A DNA stretch of 64,000 bases from an uncultured Eubacteriales bacterium (GTDB taxonomy: Bacteria > Actinomycetota > Coriobacteriia > Anaerosomatales > JAAXUF01): NCBI GenBank assembly GCA_964644675.1, contig CAZXWK010000001.1, forward strand, positions 50,430 to 114,429, in the 5' to 3' direction. The notes below the pieces were generated by a model. The model searched no databases. It saw only the letters and a program-made list of their open reading frames with translations, and had not been told where the DNA came from. Positions 20,217-29,253 of this stretch are shown here, one piece after another. Made by a program: the position numbers and the translations under genes. Position 1 is the stretch's first letter. Each line of letters begins with the position of its first letter.

Positions 20217-20250
20217 CAGGACGCGCCCGAGGGGGGTAGGGCGCGTCCTG
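20217..20250 (+). terminator. stem-loop after pstB (candidate terminator)
   Basis: CAGGACGCGCCC-gaggggggta-GGGCGCGTCCTG is a perfect 12-bp stem. No U tract follows. Confidence 0.55.
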
Positions 20251-20565
20251 TCATGTTCGAGGGGCGTTTCCCACCTGAGGGGGGAGGGGTTGGCGGGTCG
20301 CCCAGCTCTCGGCAAGGGAAAAGCAACGGGTATGCCAGATTGGGTAGCCCTAGGGTCGAACTGTATGAAGGTTACGTGAACTGAGTATGGAGGGCGACGC
20401 GAAGTCAGCCGGAAGTGCATACCGGTGGGTAACACTGTGAGCAGGCCAGTGTAGCTGGCCGACTTGTCTGCGCCCCCCGCGAAAGGGTATGACGGTAGGT
20501 GACCGGTGGCGAACGACCTGCGCCGCCTGATGCCCGCGCCGACGTCCGCCCGAACCGGAGGCCGA

Positions 20566-21093
20566 ATGCCCGCTCCGTCCGTCCGCCGCGCGACCCTCTC
20601 CGACGCCTCGGCGATCGCCGAGATCTACAACCACTACGTACGCACGTCCACGGCGACCTTCGACACCGAAGAAAAGTCGGTGGCGGACCGCGAGCAGTGG
20701 CTCGCCCACCACGGCGACGAGCACCCCGTGCTCGTCGCGGAGGAGGACGGGCGCGTCGTTGCATGGGGTTCTCTGAGCCCGTGGGGCACGCGATGCGCCT
20801 ACCGCCACACCGTCGAGATATCGGTCTACGTCGCGCCCGGCGCGACCGGTAGGGGGATCGGCCCCCTGCTCACGAGGGACCTGGTGGCCGCAGCTCGTAG
20901 TGCGGGTCACCACGCGATCGTCAGCCAGATCGTCCACGAGAACGAAGTCTCGCTTCGCTCGACCGAGCGCGGCGGCTTCGAACGTGTGGGCACGCTCCGG
21001 CAGGTCGGGCGCAAGTTCGACCGGTGGCTCGACGTCGTGCTGCTCGAACTCATCCTCGACGGCGACGACCCGGCCGCCGATGGACAGGGGTGA
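20566..21093 (+). CDS. GNAT N-acetyltransferase, phosphinothricin/MSO acetyltransferase-like
   Basis: The translation ATLSDASAIAEIYNHYV..STATFD...GRGIGPLL...FERVG..RQVGRKFDRWLDV resembles the PAT/Bar family. The start is uncertain: the ORF is open from a GTG at 20506. Confidence 0.75.
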   Translation: MPAPSVRRATLSDASAIAEIYNHYVRTSTATFDTEEKSVADREQWLAHHGDEHPVLVAEEDGRVVAWGSLSPWGTRCAYRHTVEISVYVAPGATGRGIGPLLTRDLVAAARSAGHHAIVSQIVHENEVSLRSTERGGFERVGTLRQVGRKFDRWLDVVLLELILDGDDPAADGQG

Positions 21094-22450
21094 CGCCGTG
21101 ACGGCGCCAAACGGCGACGTCGGCGCAGAGCGGCGTCTCCACGAGCGGCTCGCCGCGGGTTTTGCGGCGTTCTTCCACACCGAGGTTGCCGGCGCGGTGG
21201 TACTGCTCGCCGCGACCCTCGCGGCGCTGCTGATCGCCAACTCCGCGCTCTGGCCGGCGTACGAGCACCTGTGGCACACCGAGATCGGCGTCTACGTCGG
21301 GGAGTGGAGCTTCTCGGAGAGCGCCCTGCACTGGGTCAACGATGCCCTCATGGCGCTGTTCTTCTTCGTGGTCGGGCTCGAGATCAAGCGCGAGTTCCTG
21401 GTCGGCGACCTGTCCGACCGCCGTAAAGCGATGCTGCCGATCCTCGCAGCCCTCGGCGGCATGCTCGTGCCCGCGGTGATCTACTACGCCCTGAACGTCG
21501 GTGGCCCCGGCGCCCACGGCTGGGGAGTACCGATGGCGACCGACATCGCCTTCGTGATCGGAGTGATGGCCCTGCTCGGCCACCGGGTGCCGCCGGGGCT
21601 CAAGGTCTTCGTCGTCGCGCTCGCGATCGCCGACGACATCGGCGCGATCATCGTCATCGCCCTCGTGTACACGAGCCAGATCTTCTGGGGCTGGCTCGCG
21701 GTCGCAGCGCTGTTCTTCGTCGTGCTCGTCGTGCTCAACCGGCGAGGGGTCGACACGCCCTGGCCCTACTTCATCGTCGGTGGCGCCCTTTGGTTCGCGA
21801 TGCTCAACAGCGGCATCCACTCGACGATCGCGGGCGTGCTCGTGGCGTTCACCATCCCGGCGGTCGCCAAGACCGATCCCATGGACTTCGTCGGGTTCGC
21901 GCGGACCCGGCTCGACGCGATCGAGGAGTGTCACGTCGAGGACGCGCACGTGCTCGAGGACAACGAGCAGCAGGTCTACGCCGGAGAGATCCGCCGAGAA
22001 GCCCGCCACACCGCCGCGCCGCTCCAGCGCCTTGAGACCGCGCTGCACCCGTGGACGACCTACCTGGTGCTGCCACTCTTCGCCCTCGGCAACGCCGCGG
22101 TCCGGATCGTCGGAGAGGACGTGGGCGCGCTGCTGTCGAGCCGCGTCGCGCTGGGCGTGATGCTCGGGCTCGTGGTCGGCAAGCCGCTCGGCATCGGGCT
22201 CATGTCGTGGGTGGCCGTGAAGCTCCGCGTCGCCGACCTGCCCGAGGGCGTCCGGTGGAGCCACATGCTCGGCGCCGGCATGCTCGGCGGCATCGGCTTC
22301 ACCATGTCGCTGTTCGTGGCGAGCATCGCGTTCAGAGGCGCCCTCGAGATCTCGGAGGCGAAGGTCGCCATCCTGGTGGCATCGGCCATCGCGGGTGCGC
22401 TCGGCTACCTCACGTTGCGCTTCGCGACACGCCGGTCCGCTGCCGAGTAG
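21080..22450 (+). CDS. nhaA: Na+/H+ antiporter NhaA
   Basis: 12-TM protein with ...WVNDALMALFFFVVGLEIKRE..., ...ADDIGAI... and ...GGIGFTMSLF..., which are characteristic of NhaA. It overlaps the GNAT gene by 14 nt. An alternative GTG start lies at 21098. Confidence 0.9.
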   Translation: MDRGDAVTAPNGDVGAERRLHERLAAGFAAFFHTEVAGAVVLLAATLAALLIANSALWPAYEHLWHTEIGVYVGEWSFSESALHWVNDALMALFFFVVGLEIKREFLVGDLSDRRKAMLPILAALGGMLVPAVIYYALNVGGPGAHGWGVPMATDIAFVIGVMALLGHRVPPGLKVFVVALAIADDIGAIIVIALVYTSQIFWGWLAVAALFFVVLVVLNRRGVDTPWPYFIVGGALWFAMLNSGIHSTIAGVLVAFTIPAVAKTDPMDFVGFARTRLDAIEECHVEDAHVLEDNEQQVYAGEIRREARHTAAPLQRLETALHPWTTYLVLPLFALGNAAVRIVGEDVGALLSSRVALGVMLGLVVGKPLGIGLMSWVAVKLRVADLPEGVRWSHMLGAGMLGGIGFTMSLFVASIAFRGALEISEAKVAILVASAIAGALGYLTLRFATRRSAAE

Positions 22451-22537
22451 ACCGCGCCGCAGGCGCTGTGGGCCCGCTGTGCGGGGGCAGCCGGCGCAGC
22501 GGGTAGACTCACCGTAGGGTTACGGGGAGGAGGCGGC

Positions 22538-23572
22538 ATGGGTCGCCGGATCCTTCGGTGGACGCTCGTCTCGGTCGCAGCGATCGTGGTGGCGGTGGTC
22601 GCCTTGATCGTGTGGTCCTACGTCTGGCCGCCGCGCGTACCCGCCGCGCACCCCGATCCCGCCTCGAGCTACACGGATGCGGTACGCCGCATCGAGGCCG
22701 CGCGGGAGCAGGACCCGCCCGGCGTCTCGAGCGGCGCGATCTTCCTCGGCCAGGGAAGCCGTGCCGAGACCGCGGTCGTGCTCTTCCACGGCCTGACCAA
22801 CCGTCCCAAGCAGATGGCGCGCCTCGCCTCGGCGCTCGCCGAGCAGGGCTACAGCGTCTACGTGCCGCGATTGCCCGGGCACGGGCTCGCCGACCCGATG
22901 ACGTCGGCGCTGACGACGGTCTCCACCGAGCAGGTCATCGCCACGGTCGACCAGTCGGTCGACATCGCGGCCGGCCTGGGGCGCCACGTCGTGGTATCGG
23001 GTCTCTCGGCAGGCGGCGGACTCGCGGCGTATGCGGCCGCGAACCGCGACGAGGTCGACGGCGCGGTGCTCATCGCGCCGCTGTTCCGGCCCAAGAGCTA
23101 CCCCGGCTGGGCGAACCGGCCCGTCTACCAGATCGCACCGCTCCTGCCGACCGTCTGGTACTGGTGGAACGCCGAGGACGAGGGAAAGCGGTTCGAAGAC
23201 GGGGTCCCGTACCCGCGCTTCCCGCTCGCCGCCTTCGCGCGCTTCTCGGCCGTCTCGGACTCCGTCCTGAGACGGCGGCCGCAGCGTCGAGGGCGGATCG
23301 GGAGCGTCGTGGTGGTCGAGAACCTTGGCGACCCCCGGCTCGACAACGTTCAGGCGACACACCTCGCCGAGTCCGCACTGCGGCCGATCGCACACGACTG
23401 GCGGGTCGTCACGATACCCGCCTCGAAGGGCTACCTGCACGACCTGATCGATCCGGACGGTGAGAATGCCGAGCGCCTTGACGAGATCTACGCCCTGCTC
23501 CTGCCGCTGTACGGGGCAGCTGAGACGTCAGCCGGGGCGGCGACGGCCAACCCTGGGGCTGCGGTGCCGTAG
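22538..23572 (+). CDS. alpha/beta-fold hydrolase (esterase/lipase-like) with N-terminal TM anchor
   Basis: ATG follows GGAGGAGG. It has the oxyanion-region HGLTN and the nucleophile elbow GLSAGG. Confidence 0.7.
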   Translation: MGRRILRWTLVSVAAIVVAVVALIVWSYVWPPRVPAAHPDPASSYTDAVRRIEAAREQDPPGVSSGAIFLGQGSRAETAVVLFHGLTNRPKQMARLASALAEQGYSVYVPRLPGHGLADPMTSALTTVSTEQVIATVDQSVDIAAGLGRHVVVSGLSAGGGLAAYAAANRDEVDGAVLIAPLFRPKSYPGWANRPVYQIAPLLPTVWYWWNAEDEGKRFEDGVPYPRFPLAAFARFSAVSDSVLRRRPQRRGRIGSVVVVENLGDPRLDNVQATHLAESALRPIAHDWRVVTIPASKGYLHDLIDPDGENAERLDEIYALLLPLYGAAETSAGAATANPGAAVP

Positions 23573-23614
23573 CACCGGCTGCGAGGCGTACGGTCGCGGC
23601 GTCGACAGCAGCGC

Positions 23615-23857
23615 TCAGTCGACCGTCCCGTAGCGTCGGCTCCAGCCGTGTCCCACGATCGCCGAGTTGAGCTGGTCGGCCAGCCGCTGCCGCGTGTAGG
23701 CCCCGCCGCTCGGCAGGTTCTCGAAGAGCGGCAGCAGGTCCGCGTCGAGGTCGAGGGTCTCGGCGCGCAGAATCACGTCGAGCCGGGACACGCGCTTCCG
23801 GTCTCGGAAGAGGTTGTCGAGAAAGCGCTGCAGGACTTCGCGGTCGTCGTCGGGCAC
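23615..23857 (-). CDS. small hypothetical protein (weak resemblance to DUF2795-type proteins)
   Basis: 80-aa ORF with balanced, non-shadow composition (...LPLFENLPSGGAYTRQRLADQLNSAI...). There is no strong motif. Confidence 0.45.
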   Translation of the reverse strand: MPDDDREVLQRFLDNLFRDRKRVSRLDVILRAETLDLDADLLPLFENLPSGGAYTRQRLADQLNSAIVGHGWSRRYGTVD

Positions 23858-23919
23858 GGGCGCTCCGGGTCCGGTGGAGGGCGGAGCGCCATTCTATCGC
23901 ACCCGTGCGGGGAGGGAGC

Positions 23920-24330
23920 CTACTTGGCGGCCTCCACGACGATCTCGCCGGTCATGGACGGATGGATCGTGCACTTCACCGGGAACGTCCCGGTCGCGCT
24001 CGCCGTCCACGTCACCTTCTGGCCCGGCGCCTGGTCGCCCAGGTCGCTGTCGCCGACGACGACGCGGTGGGTGGTGCTGTCCTGGTTGTCGAACGTGACC
24101 GTGTCGCCGACCTTCACGGTGAGCGAGGCCGGATCGAACGCGAAGTTGCTCTCCACGATGGTGAGCGACGTCGCCGAGCTACCTCCGGTGGTCGCGGGAG
24201 TGGTGCTCGACCCGGTCCCGGTCGAGCCACTCGTGCCGGACGACGAGCCGGAGCAGCCGGCCACCAGCACCAGCACGAGCACAGCGAGCGCCAACGACGC
24301 GATGATGCGCCGAGTGGTCAGGAATCTCAT
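23920..24330 (-). CDS. cupredoxin (amicyanin/plastocyanin-like type-1 copper) lipoprotein
   Basis: Lipobox LVAGC followed by a Ser/Gly/Thr linker. The copper ligand pattern is H (TTHRV) ... C-x2-H-x2-M (KCTIHPSM), as in amicyanin-type loops. Confidence 0.75.
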   Translation of the reverse strand: MRFLTTRRIIASLALAVLVLVLVAGCSGSSSGTSGSTGTGSSTTPATTGGSSATSLTIVESNFAFDPASLTVKVGDTVTFDNQDSTTHRVVVGDSDLGDQAPGQKVTWTASATGTFPVKCTIHPSMTGEIVVEAAK

Positions 24331-24480
24331 GGCACCTCCTCGGTCGAGGCGAGCCGTGCGGCCCGTCTCTGAAAGCCTACAAAGGTGTCCGTACCCTGAT
24401 GACGCGTCTCCGTAGCCGATGAACTTCCACCGGGCAGCCGAACCGGCGTGCTCGCCAGGACGGGGGGCGGAGGGCCGAGA

Positions 24481-26022
24481 CTAGCCGAGCCAGCTGCGGA
24501 CGGCGCCTTCGACGCCGTCCCGCCCGGCGCTTACCACGTTGGTGAAGCGCTCGGTCTTCTCGTCGAGCTCGGCGAGCGCGCGAGGAACGCACGCTCCCTC
24601 ACCGGCGAGTTCCTGAACGCGGCTCAGGAGCTCGACGCCGCTCAGCTCGCGCACCCCGTCGGGGAGCGGCTCTGCGTACGGGATCTGTGCGAGGGCCTTG
24701 TAGACGTCGCCCCCGAACTTCGCCCAGTGTGCGGTCGAGACCACGAGCACCGGGTCGCGCTCGCGCAGGCGCTCGGCGACCTCCCATGCGACGGCGGTGT
24801 GCGGGTCGAGCAGGTAGCCGGTCTGCTCGTGCACCTCGCGCACGGTGGCGAGCGACTCGTCGTTGTCCACGTAGTCGGACGAGAATGCTGCGCGGATCTC
24901 CGCGAAGGACTCGCGGTCGATCTGGAAGCGGCCCGTCTCGGAGAGCGAGGACATCCACTCGCGGACGCGCACCGGATCGTCGGTCACCTCGTAGAGGAGC
25001 CGCTCGAGGTTGCTCGAGATAAGGATGTCCATCGAAGGCGAGGGGGTGGTCACGAACCGGCGGTCGCTGATGTCGTAGGTGCCCGTCGCGATGAAGTCCG
25101 AGAGCACGTTGTTCTCGTTCGCCGCCACGATCAGCCGCCCGATGGGCACGCCGATCTTCTTCGCGTAGTACGCGCCGAGCACGTTGCCAAAGTTGCCGGT
25201 CGGCACGCATACGTCGATCGGCTCGCCCGCCACGACACCGCCGGCCTTCACCATGTCGGCGTACGCGCTCACGTAGTAGACCACCTGCGGGAGCAGCCGA
25301 CCCCAGTTGATGCTGTTCGCCGAGGAGAGCTTCAGCGCGTACTTCTGCGCGAGCTCCTCGGCGAAGGCGGCGTCGTTGAACGCGGCCTTGACCGCGTTCT
25401 GGCAGTCGTCGAAGTTCCCGCGGACGCCGAACACGCCGACGTTGTCGCCGTGCTGCGTGACCATCTGCTTGCGCTGGATGTCGCTCACGCCCTCGGCGGG
25501 GTAGAAGACGACGATCCCGGTGTGCTCGCGGTCGGCGAAGCCCTCGAGAGCGGCCTTGCCCGTGTCGCCCGAGGTCGCGACGAGAATCAGGTAGTCGTTG
25601 GACTCGCGTCCCCGCTTGCGCTGCTCGTCGATCGCTTCACTGAAGAAGCGCGGCAAGCACTGCAGCGCCATGTCCTTGAACGCGCTCGTGGGGCCGTGCC
25701 ACAGCTCGAGCACCCAGGTGCCGGGGACGACCTCCTCGACCGGAGCTATGCGCGGGTCGTCCCACTGCGAGCCGTAGGCCTCCTGCATGAGCGCGTCGAC
25801 GCGCGTCGAGTCCAGGTCGACGCCGAACCTCGAGAACACGGCGGCTGCGCGCCGCCAATAGGGCCAGCTCTCGAACGCGAGGATCTCGGCGAGCGTGAAG
25901 TGCGGCAGGTCGTCGGGGACGTAGAGTCCACCGCCCGGCGCAATGCCCTCGATGATCGCCTGGGTAAAGGTCTTGGGCGAGCGGTCGAGACCGCGCGTGT
26001 CGTGGTAGGTGACTGGCTTCAT
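24481..26022 (-). CDS. thrC: threonine synthase (long form)
   Basis: The start MKPVTYHDTRG follows GGGGGA. The PLP-lysine motif is TSAFKDMALQ and the protein is ~513 aa. The upstream 18 codons of the ORF were not used. Confidence 0.9.
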   Translation of the reverse strand: MKPVTYHDTRGLDRSPKTFTQAIIEGIAPGGGLYVPDDLPHFTLAEILAFESWPYWRRAAAVFSRFGVDLDSTRVDALMQEAYGSQWDDPRIAPVEEVVPGTWVLELWHGPTSAFKDMALQCLPRFFSEAIDEQRKRGRESNDYLILVATSGDTGKAALEGFADREHTGIVVFYPAEGVSDIQRKQMVTQHGDNVGVFGVRGNFDDCQNAVKAAFNDAAFAEELAQKYALKLSSANSINWGRLLPQVVYYVSAYADMVKAGGVVAGEPIDVCVPTGNFGNVLGAYYAKKIGVPIGRLIVAANENNVLSDFIATGTYDISDRRFVTTPSPSMDILISSNLERLLYEVTDDPVRVREWMSSLSETGRFQIDRESFAEIRAAFSSDYVDNDESLATVREVHEQTGYLLDPHTAVAWEVAERLRERDPVLVVSTAHWAKFGGDVYKALAQIPYAEPLPDGVRELSGVELLSRVQELAGEGACVPRALAELDEKTERFTNVVSAGRDGVEGAVRSWLG

Positions 26023-26134
26023 GCGTTCGGTCCCCCGGTTTTCGAATCGCCGCGGTCGGGCGCCGCGGTGCGGCATAGGCGATTCTACCCCGACGCGTGG
26101 CCGAGCGGGGCCTGTGCGGGGCGGCCGCCGTCGG

Positions 26135-26665
26135 CTACTCCCTGACGAACTCCTCGGCGAGCAGGTCCATGAGCAGGTTGTCGTGGAACGTGCCGTCGTC
26201 GCCGCGCTCGTAGCACCGGGCGACGCCGATGGGCCGGTACCCGATCTTCGCGTACGCGCGGATCGCCCGTTCGTTGTCGGCGGCGGGGTCGATCGTGAGC
26301 CGGTGATGGCCGCGCTCGTCGATCAGGTAGGTGGCCAGCAACCTGAGCGCCTCGGTGCCGATCCCCCTGCCGGTCTTGTCGGACAGCAGCCCGATGTCCA
26401 TGCCTGCCGAGCGATACTCGGGCTCGGGAACCTCGTGAAAGTCGATGAGCCCGATGGCTTCATCTCCCACCTCGACGACGAGCCAGCGCAGCCCCTCCTC
26501 GGTGAGCCAGCGCAGCATCGTGGCCTCGTCGGTGCTCCAGCGCGGACCGGACGCGGGGTCCCGCGCGATGGCACGCGCCATCGCCTCCGCCTCGCCCTCG
26601 CGCGGCGGGCGCAGCGTGACGCGCGGGCCAACGAGCGTGGGCAGTCCCTGGGCGCTCTGTGTCAT
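26135..26665 (-). CDS. GNAT family N-acetyltransferase
   Basis: The start MTQSAQG follows AGGAGA. The acetyl-CoA-binding region is ...DKTGRGIGTEAL..., with a typical GNAT C-terminal half. Confidence 0.8.
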   Translation of the reverse strand: MTQSAQGLPTLVGPRVTLRPPREGEAEAMARAIARDPASGPRWSTDEATMLRWLTEEGLRWLVVEVGDEAIGLIDFHEVPEPEYRSAGMDIGLLSDKTGRGIGTEALRLLATYLIDERGHHRLTIDPAADNERAIRAYAKIGYRPIGVARCYERGDDGTFHDNLLMDLLAEEFVRE

Positions 26666-26730
26666 GGTCTCTCCTCGTGGCGGCTGGTACGCTTCACATA
26701 CTGTGCGTACCCGCCGAGAAGGGCCTCGCG

Positions 26731-27921
26731 ATGAAGTACGTGGTCGTGATACTCGATGGAGCGTCCGGATGGCCGCTCGACGTGCTCCAGGGCAAGACCT
26801 CTCTCCATGCGGCGTCGACTCCCAATCTCGACGAGATGGCGCGGATCGGACTGCTCGGCATGGCCCGAACGGTTCCCGACGGGATGGAGCCATCGTCGTC
26901 GGCGGCCTGCACCTCCATCATCGGGTACGACCCGGTAGCCGACTACGTCGGTCGGGGCGCGATCGAGGCGGCGAGCATGGGCATCGAGCTCGGGCCCGAC
27001 GAACTCGCACTGCGACTCAACCTGGTCACCGTGGCCAACGGCGTCATGAGTTCCTACTCCTCAGGCAACATCACCACCGAGGAGTCCTCGGCCATCGTCA
27101 CCGAGATGGCATCGGTCCTCGACGACGAGACGTTCACCCTGTACCCAGGCGTGGCGTATCGGCACATCCTCGTGGTGAAGGGTCACCCTGAACTGCTCGA
27201 CACGACGTACACCCCGCCCCACGACATCTCAGACCGGCCCGTGGCGCCGTTCGTTCCCAAGGGACCGGGAGCGGACCTCCTGCTCGCGTACATGGAGCGG
27301 TCGCGTCCACTCCTCGAGCGTAGTGCCGCCAACCGTCGCCGTGCGGAAAGCGGGCAGCTCGCGGCGACGGACGTCTGGCCGTTCTGGCCGGGGGTGGCTC
27401 CACGGGGAATGCGGCCGTTCAGCGAGGTCCGGGGGCACGGCGCGGCAATGACCAGCGGCGTCGACCTGCTGAACGGTCTCGCCGTGCTCGCGGGTATCCG
27501 ACGGCTCGAGATCGCCGGGGTCACCGGAGGGCCGGACAACGACTACGCTGCCCAGGCAGAGGGCGCTCTGGCCGCACTGGCGCACGACGACGTGGTGTTC
27601 ATCCACGTCGAGTCGCCCGACGAAGAGGGCCATGCCGGCGACGCGAGAGGCAAGGTCGCTGCCATCGAGGCGATCGACCGCGAGGTCGTGGGACGCATCC
27701 GTCCGCTCGTCGAGTCCGGTGCCGTGCGACTGCTCGCGATGCCCGACCATCCGACACCGCTCGAGATCAAGACACATGCGGGTGAGCCGGTGCCGTTCGT
27801 GTTGGCGGGAGCCGGGATCGCCTCGAACGAGGGGGACGAGTTCCACGAGCTCTGTGCCGAGGGCTCCGGGACGTTCGTCGACCCGGCGAGCGGGCTCATC
27901 GGGCTGCTTCTCGCGCCGTAG
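26731..27921 (+). CDS. cofactor-independent phosphoglycerate mutase homologue (ApgM family; 'proposed homoserine kinase' subgroup)
   Basis: The translation MKYVVVILDGASGWP...TPNLDEMA...HVESPDEEGHAGD...MPDHPTP carries metalloenzyme-superfamily ApgM signatures. Confidence 0.8.
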   Translation: MKYVVVILDGASGWPLDVLQGKTSLHAASTPNLDEMARIGLLGMARTVPDGMEPSSSAACTSIIGYDPVADYVGRGAIEAASMGIELGPDELALRLNLVTVANGVMSSYSSGNITTEESSAIVTEMASVLDDETFTLYPGVAYRHILVVKGHPELLDTTYTPPHDISDRPVAPFVPKGPGADLLLAYMERSRPLLERSAANRRRAESGQLAATDVWPFWPGVAPRGMRPFSEVRGHGAAMTSGVDLLNGLAVLAGIRRLEIAGVTGGPDNDYAAQAEGALAALAHDDVVFIHVESPDEEGHAGDARGKVAAIEAIDREVVGRIRPLVESGAVRLLAMPDHPTPLEIKTHAGEPVPFVLAGAGIASNEGDEFHELCAEGSGTFVDPASGLIGLLLAP

Positions 27922-28088
27922 GTTCGCGGCACGGGCGTTGCTTGGACATCGACGGGACGCGAGCGTGCTCGTACCCGCGCGAACCGTGCGCGGCGTCATT
28001 GCGTTAGCGGCCTGAACTTGAGAAACTGAGTTGTTGGGTCCATGCCGATCACCTGGGGGTGAACGGGCTGGTTCGGGCGAATCATGCC

Positions 28089-29216
28089 ATGAGACTGCTC
28101 GCGCTCATATTCACGGCGATGCTTGTCATAGCCGTGTGTCTCGCATTCGCTCAGCCCGCTTTGGCCTACGACGAGACGACGGGCTATCCCACACCGCTCG
28201 GACATGCGACGGGCTACGCTCAGTGCCTCTCGTGCCACGGCTACTCCCAGGCATCCGGGGACTGCATGGGATGCCACGGACCGCCGCTCTTCCCCGACAC
28301 GGTGCAGTACGGACGGGGCCCGCATGCCGGCTACACTACGGGCTCCGAACGCTGCTCGGTCTGCCACAGCGTCCACACCGCCCTTGGGAGCTACGCGTTG
28401 CTGCCCGAGGCGACCGTCCTGGCGACGTGTGAGACGTGCCACGACGGAACGGGCGGCAAGGGAGTCTACGGCGCGATCCTTGCGCGAACCGGCGTCGCCC
28501 CGGCACAGCAGCATCGCATAGAGGCGACCAGCACCGTCCCTGGTGGGAATCCGGCCACGGGCGGCAGTCTCGAGGCGACGTTCGCCGGGCCTAGCGGGAC
28601 CTTGACGTGCTCCGACTGCCACAACCCGCACAACGCGAACACGATCGCCGATTTCCCCGGCGAGCGCCGGCGCGTCCCGTACACCACGGCTTCGCGCACG
28701 ACATGGCAGTCGCTCGAGACCAACCGCCTGCTGCGCAAGAGCCCCGGAGGCACGACCGCGACCGTTGACGTGTACGGTTCCGATTGGTGCCTCGCGTGCC
28801 ACCGCGGCCGCGGCGAGGGTACGGCAGAGCACAATCACCCGACCGACTCGAAGGCGTCCCGTGCCGATGCGTTCACGTACTCCAACGCGGCGCTCACGCA
28901 GGGCGAGTCGCTTACGACCCAGACGGTCATGGGTCCGCTCGCCGGCTCAAACCGGGGCTACCTGATGCCCGACCCGAGATCCACCCAGCAGTCGGGCCAC
29001 AAGCCGATCTGCCAGCAGTGCCACGAGGACAGCCGATACGTGGGCGTCTTGACGACTGCCGGCGCCGATGCAGCCACCTTCACCGTGTCGCTCGACGGCA
29101 GCGTGGCCACCGACAACCCGCGGTTCCAGAACTTCCCCCATGAGACGCAGAACGCGCACATGCTGGTGGAGACCGGCGACGGGTTGTGTCTCAACTGTCA
29201 CGCGGTACTGCCCTAG
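28089..29216 (+). CDS. secreted octahaem c-type cytochrome
   Basis: Signal or anchor sequence MRLLALIFTAMLVIAVCLAFAQPALA. Eight CXXCH motifs: CLSCH, CMGCH, CSVCH, CETCH, CSDCH, CLACH, CQQCH, CLNCH (first at 28224, last at 29187). An alternative GTG start lies at 28059. Confidence 0.8.
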   Translation: MRLLALIFTAMLVIAVCLAFAQPALAYDETTGYPTPLGHATGYAQCLSCHGYSQASGDCMGCHGPPLFPDTVQYGRGPHAGYTTGSERCSVCHSVHTALGSYALLPEATVLATCETCHDGTGGKGVYGAILARTGVAPAQQHRIEATSTVPGGNPATGGSLEATFAGPSGTLTCSDCHNPHNANTIADFPGERRRVPYTTASRTTWQSLETNRLLRKSPGGTTATVDVYGSDWCLACHRGRGEGTAEHNHPTDSKASRADAFTYSNAALTQGESLTTQTVMGPLAGSNRGYLMPDPRSTQQSGHKPICQQCHEDSRYVGVLTTAGADAATFTVSLDGSVATDNPRFQNFPHETQNAHMLVETGDGLCLNCHAVLP

Positions 29217-29253
29217 CGGCGATCAGCGTCTCCGCTCCACGCCGGCGCCGCGC

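Noticed and set aside
20160-20435. 91-aa minus-strand ORF in the pstB-GNAT intergenic region
   Set aside because: The translation is Pro/Arg-rich, it overlaps the pstB terminator hairpin, and it has no RBS. It is more likely non-coding.
20401-20470. Possible SRP (4.5S) RNA because of GUCAGCCGGAAG resembling the GGUCCGGAAGGAAGCAGC core
   Set aside because: The conserved GGAAGCAGC tetraloop-side motif and the matching 3' strand are absent. The region is kept only as an unassigned structured leader (see findings).
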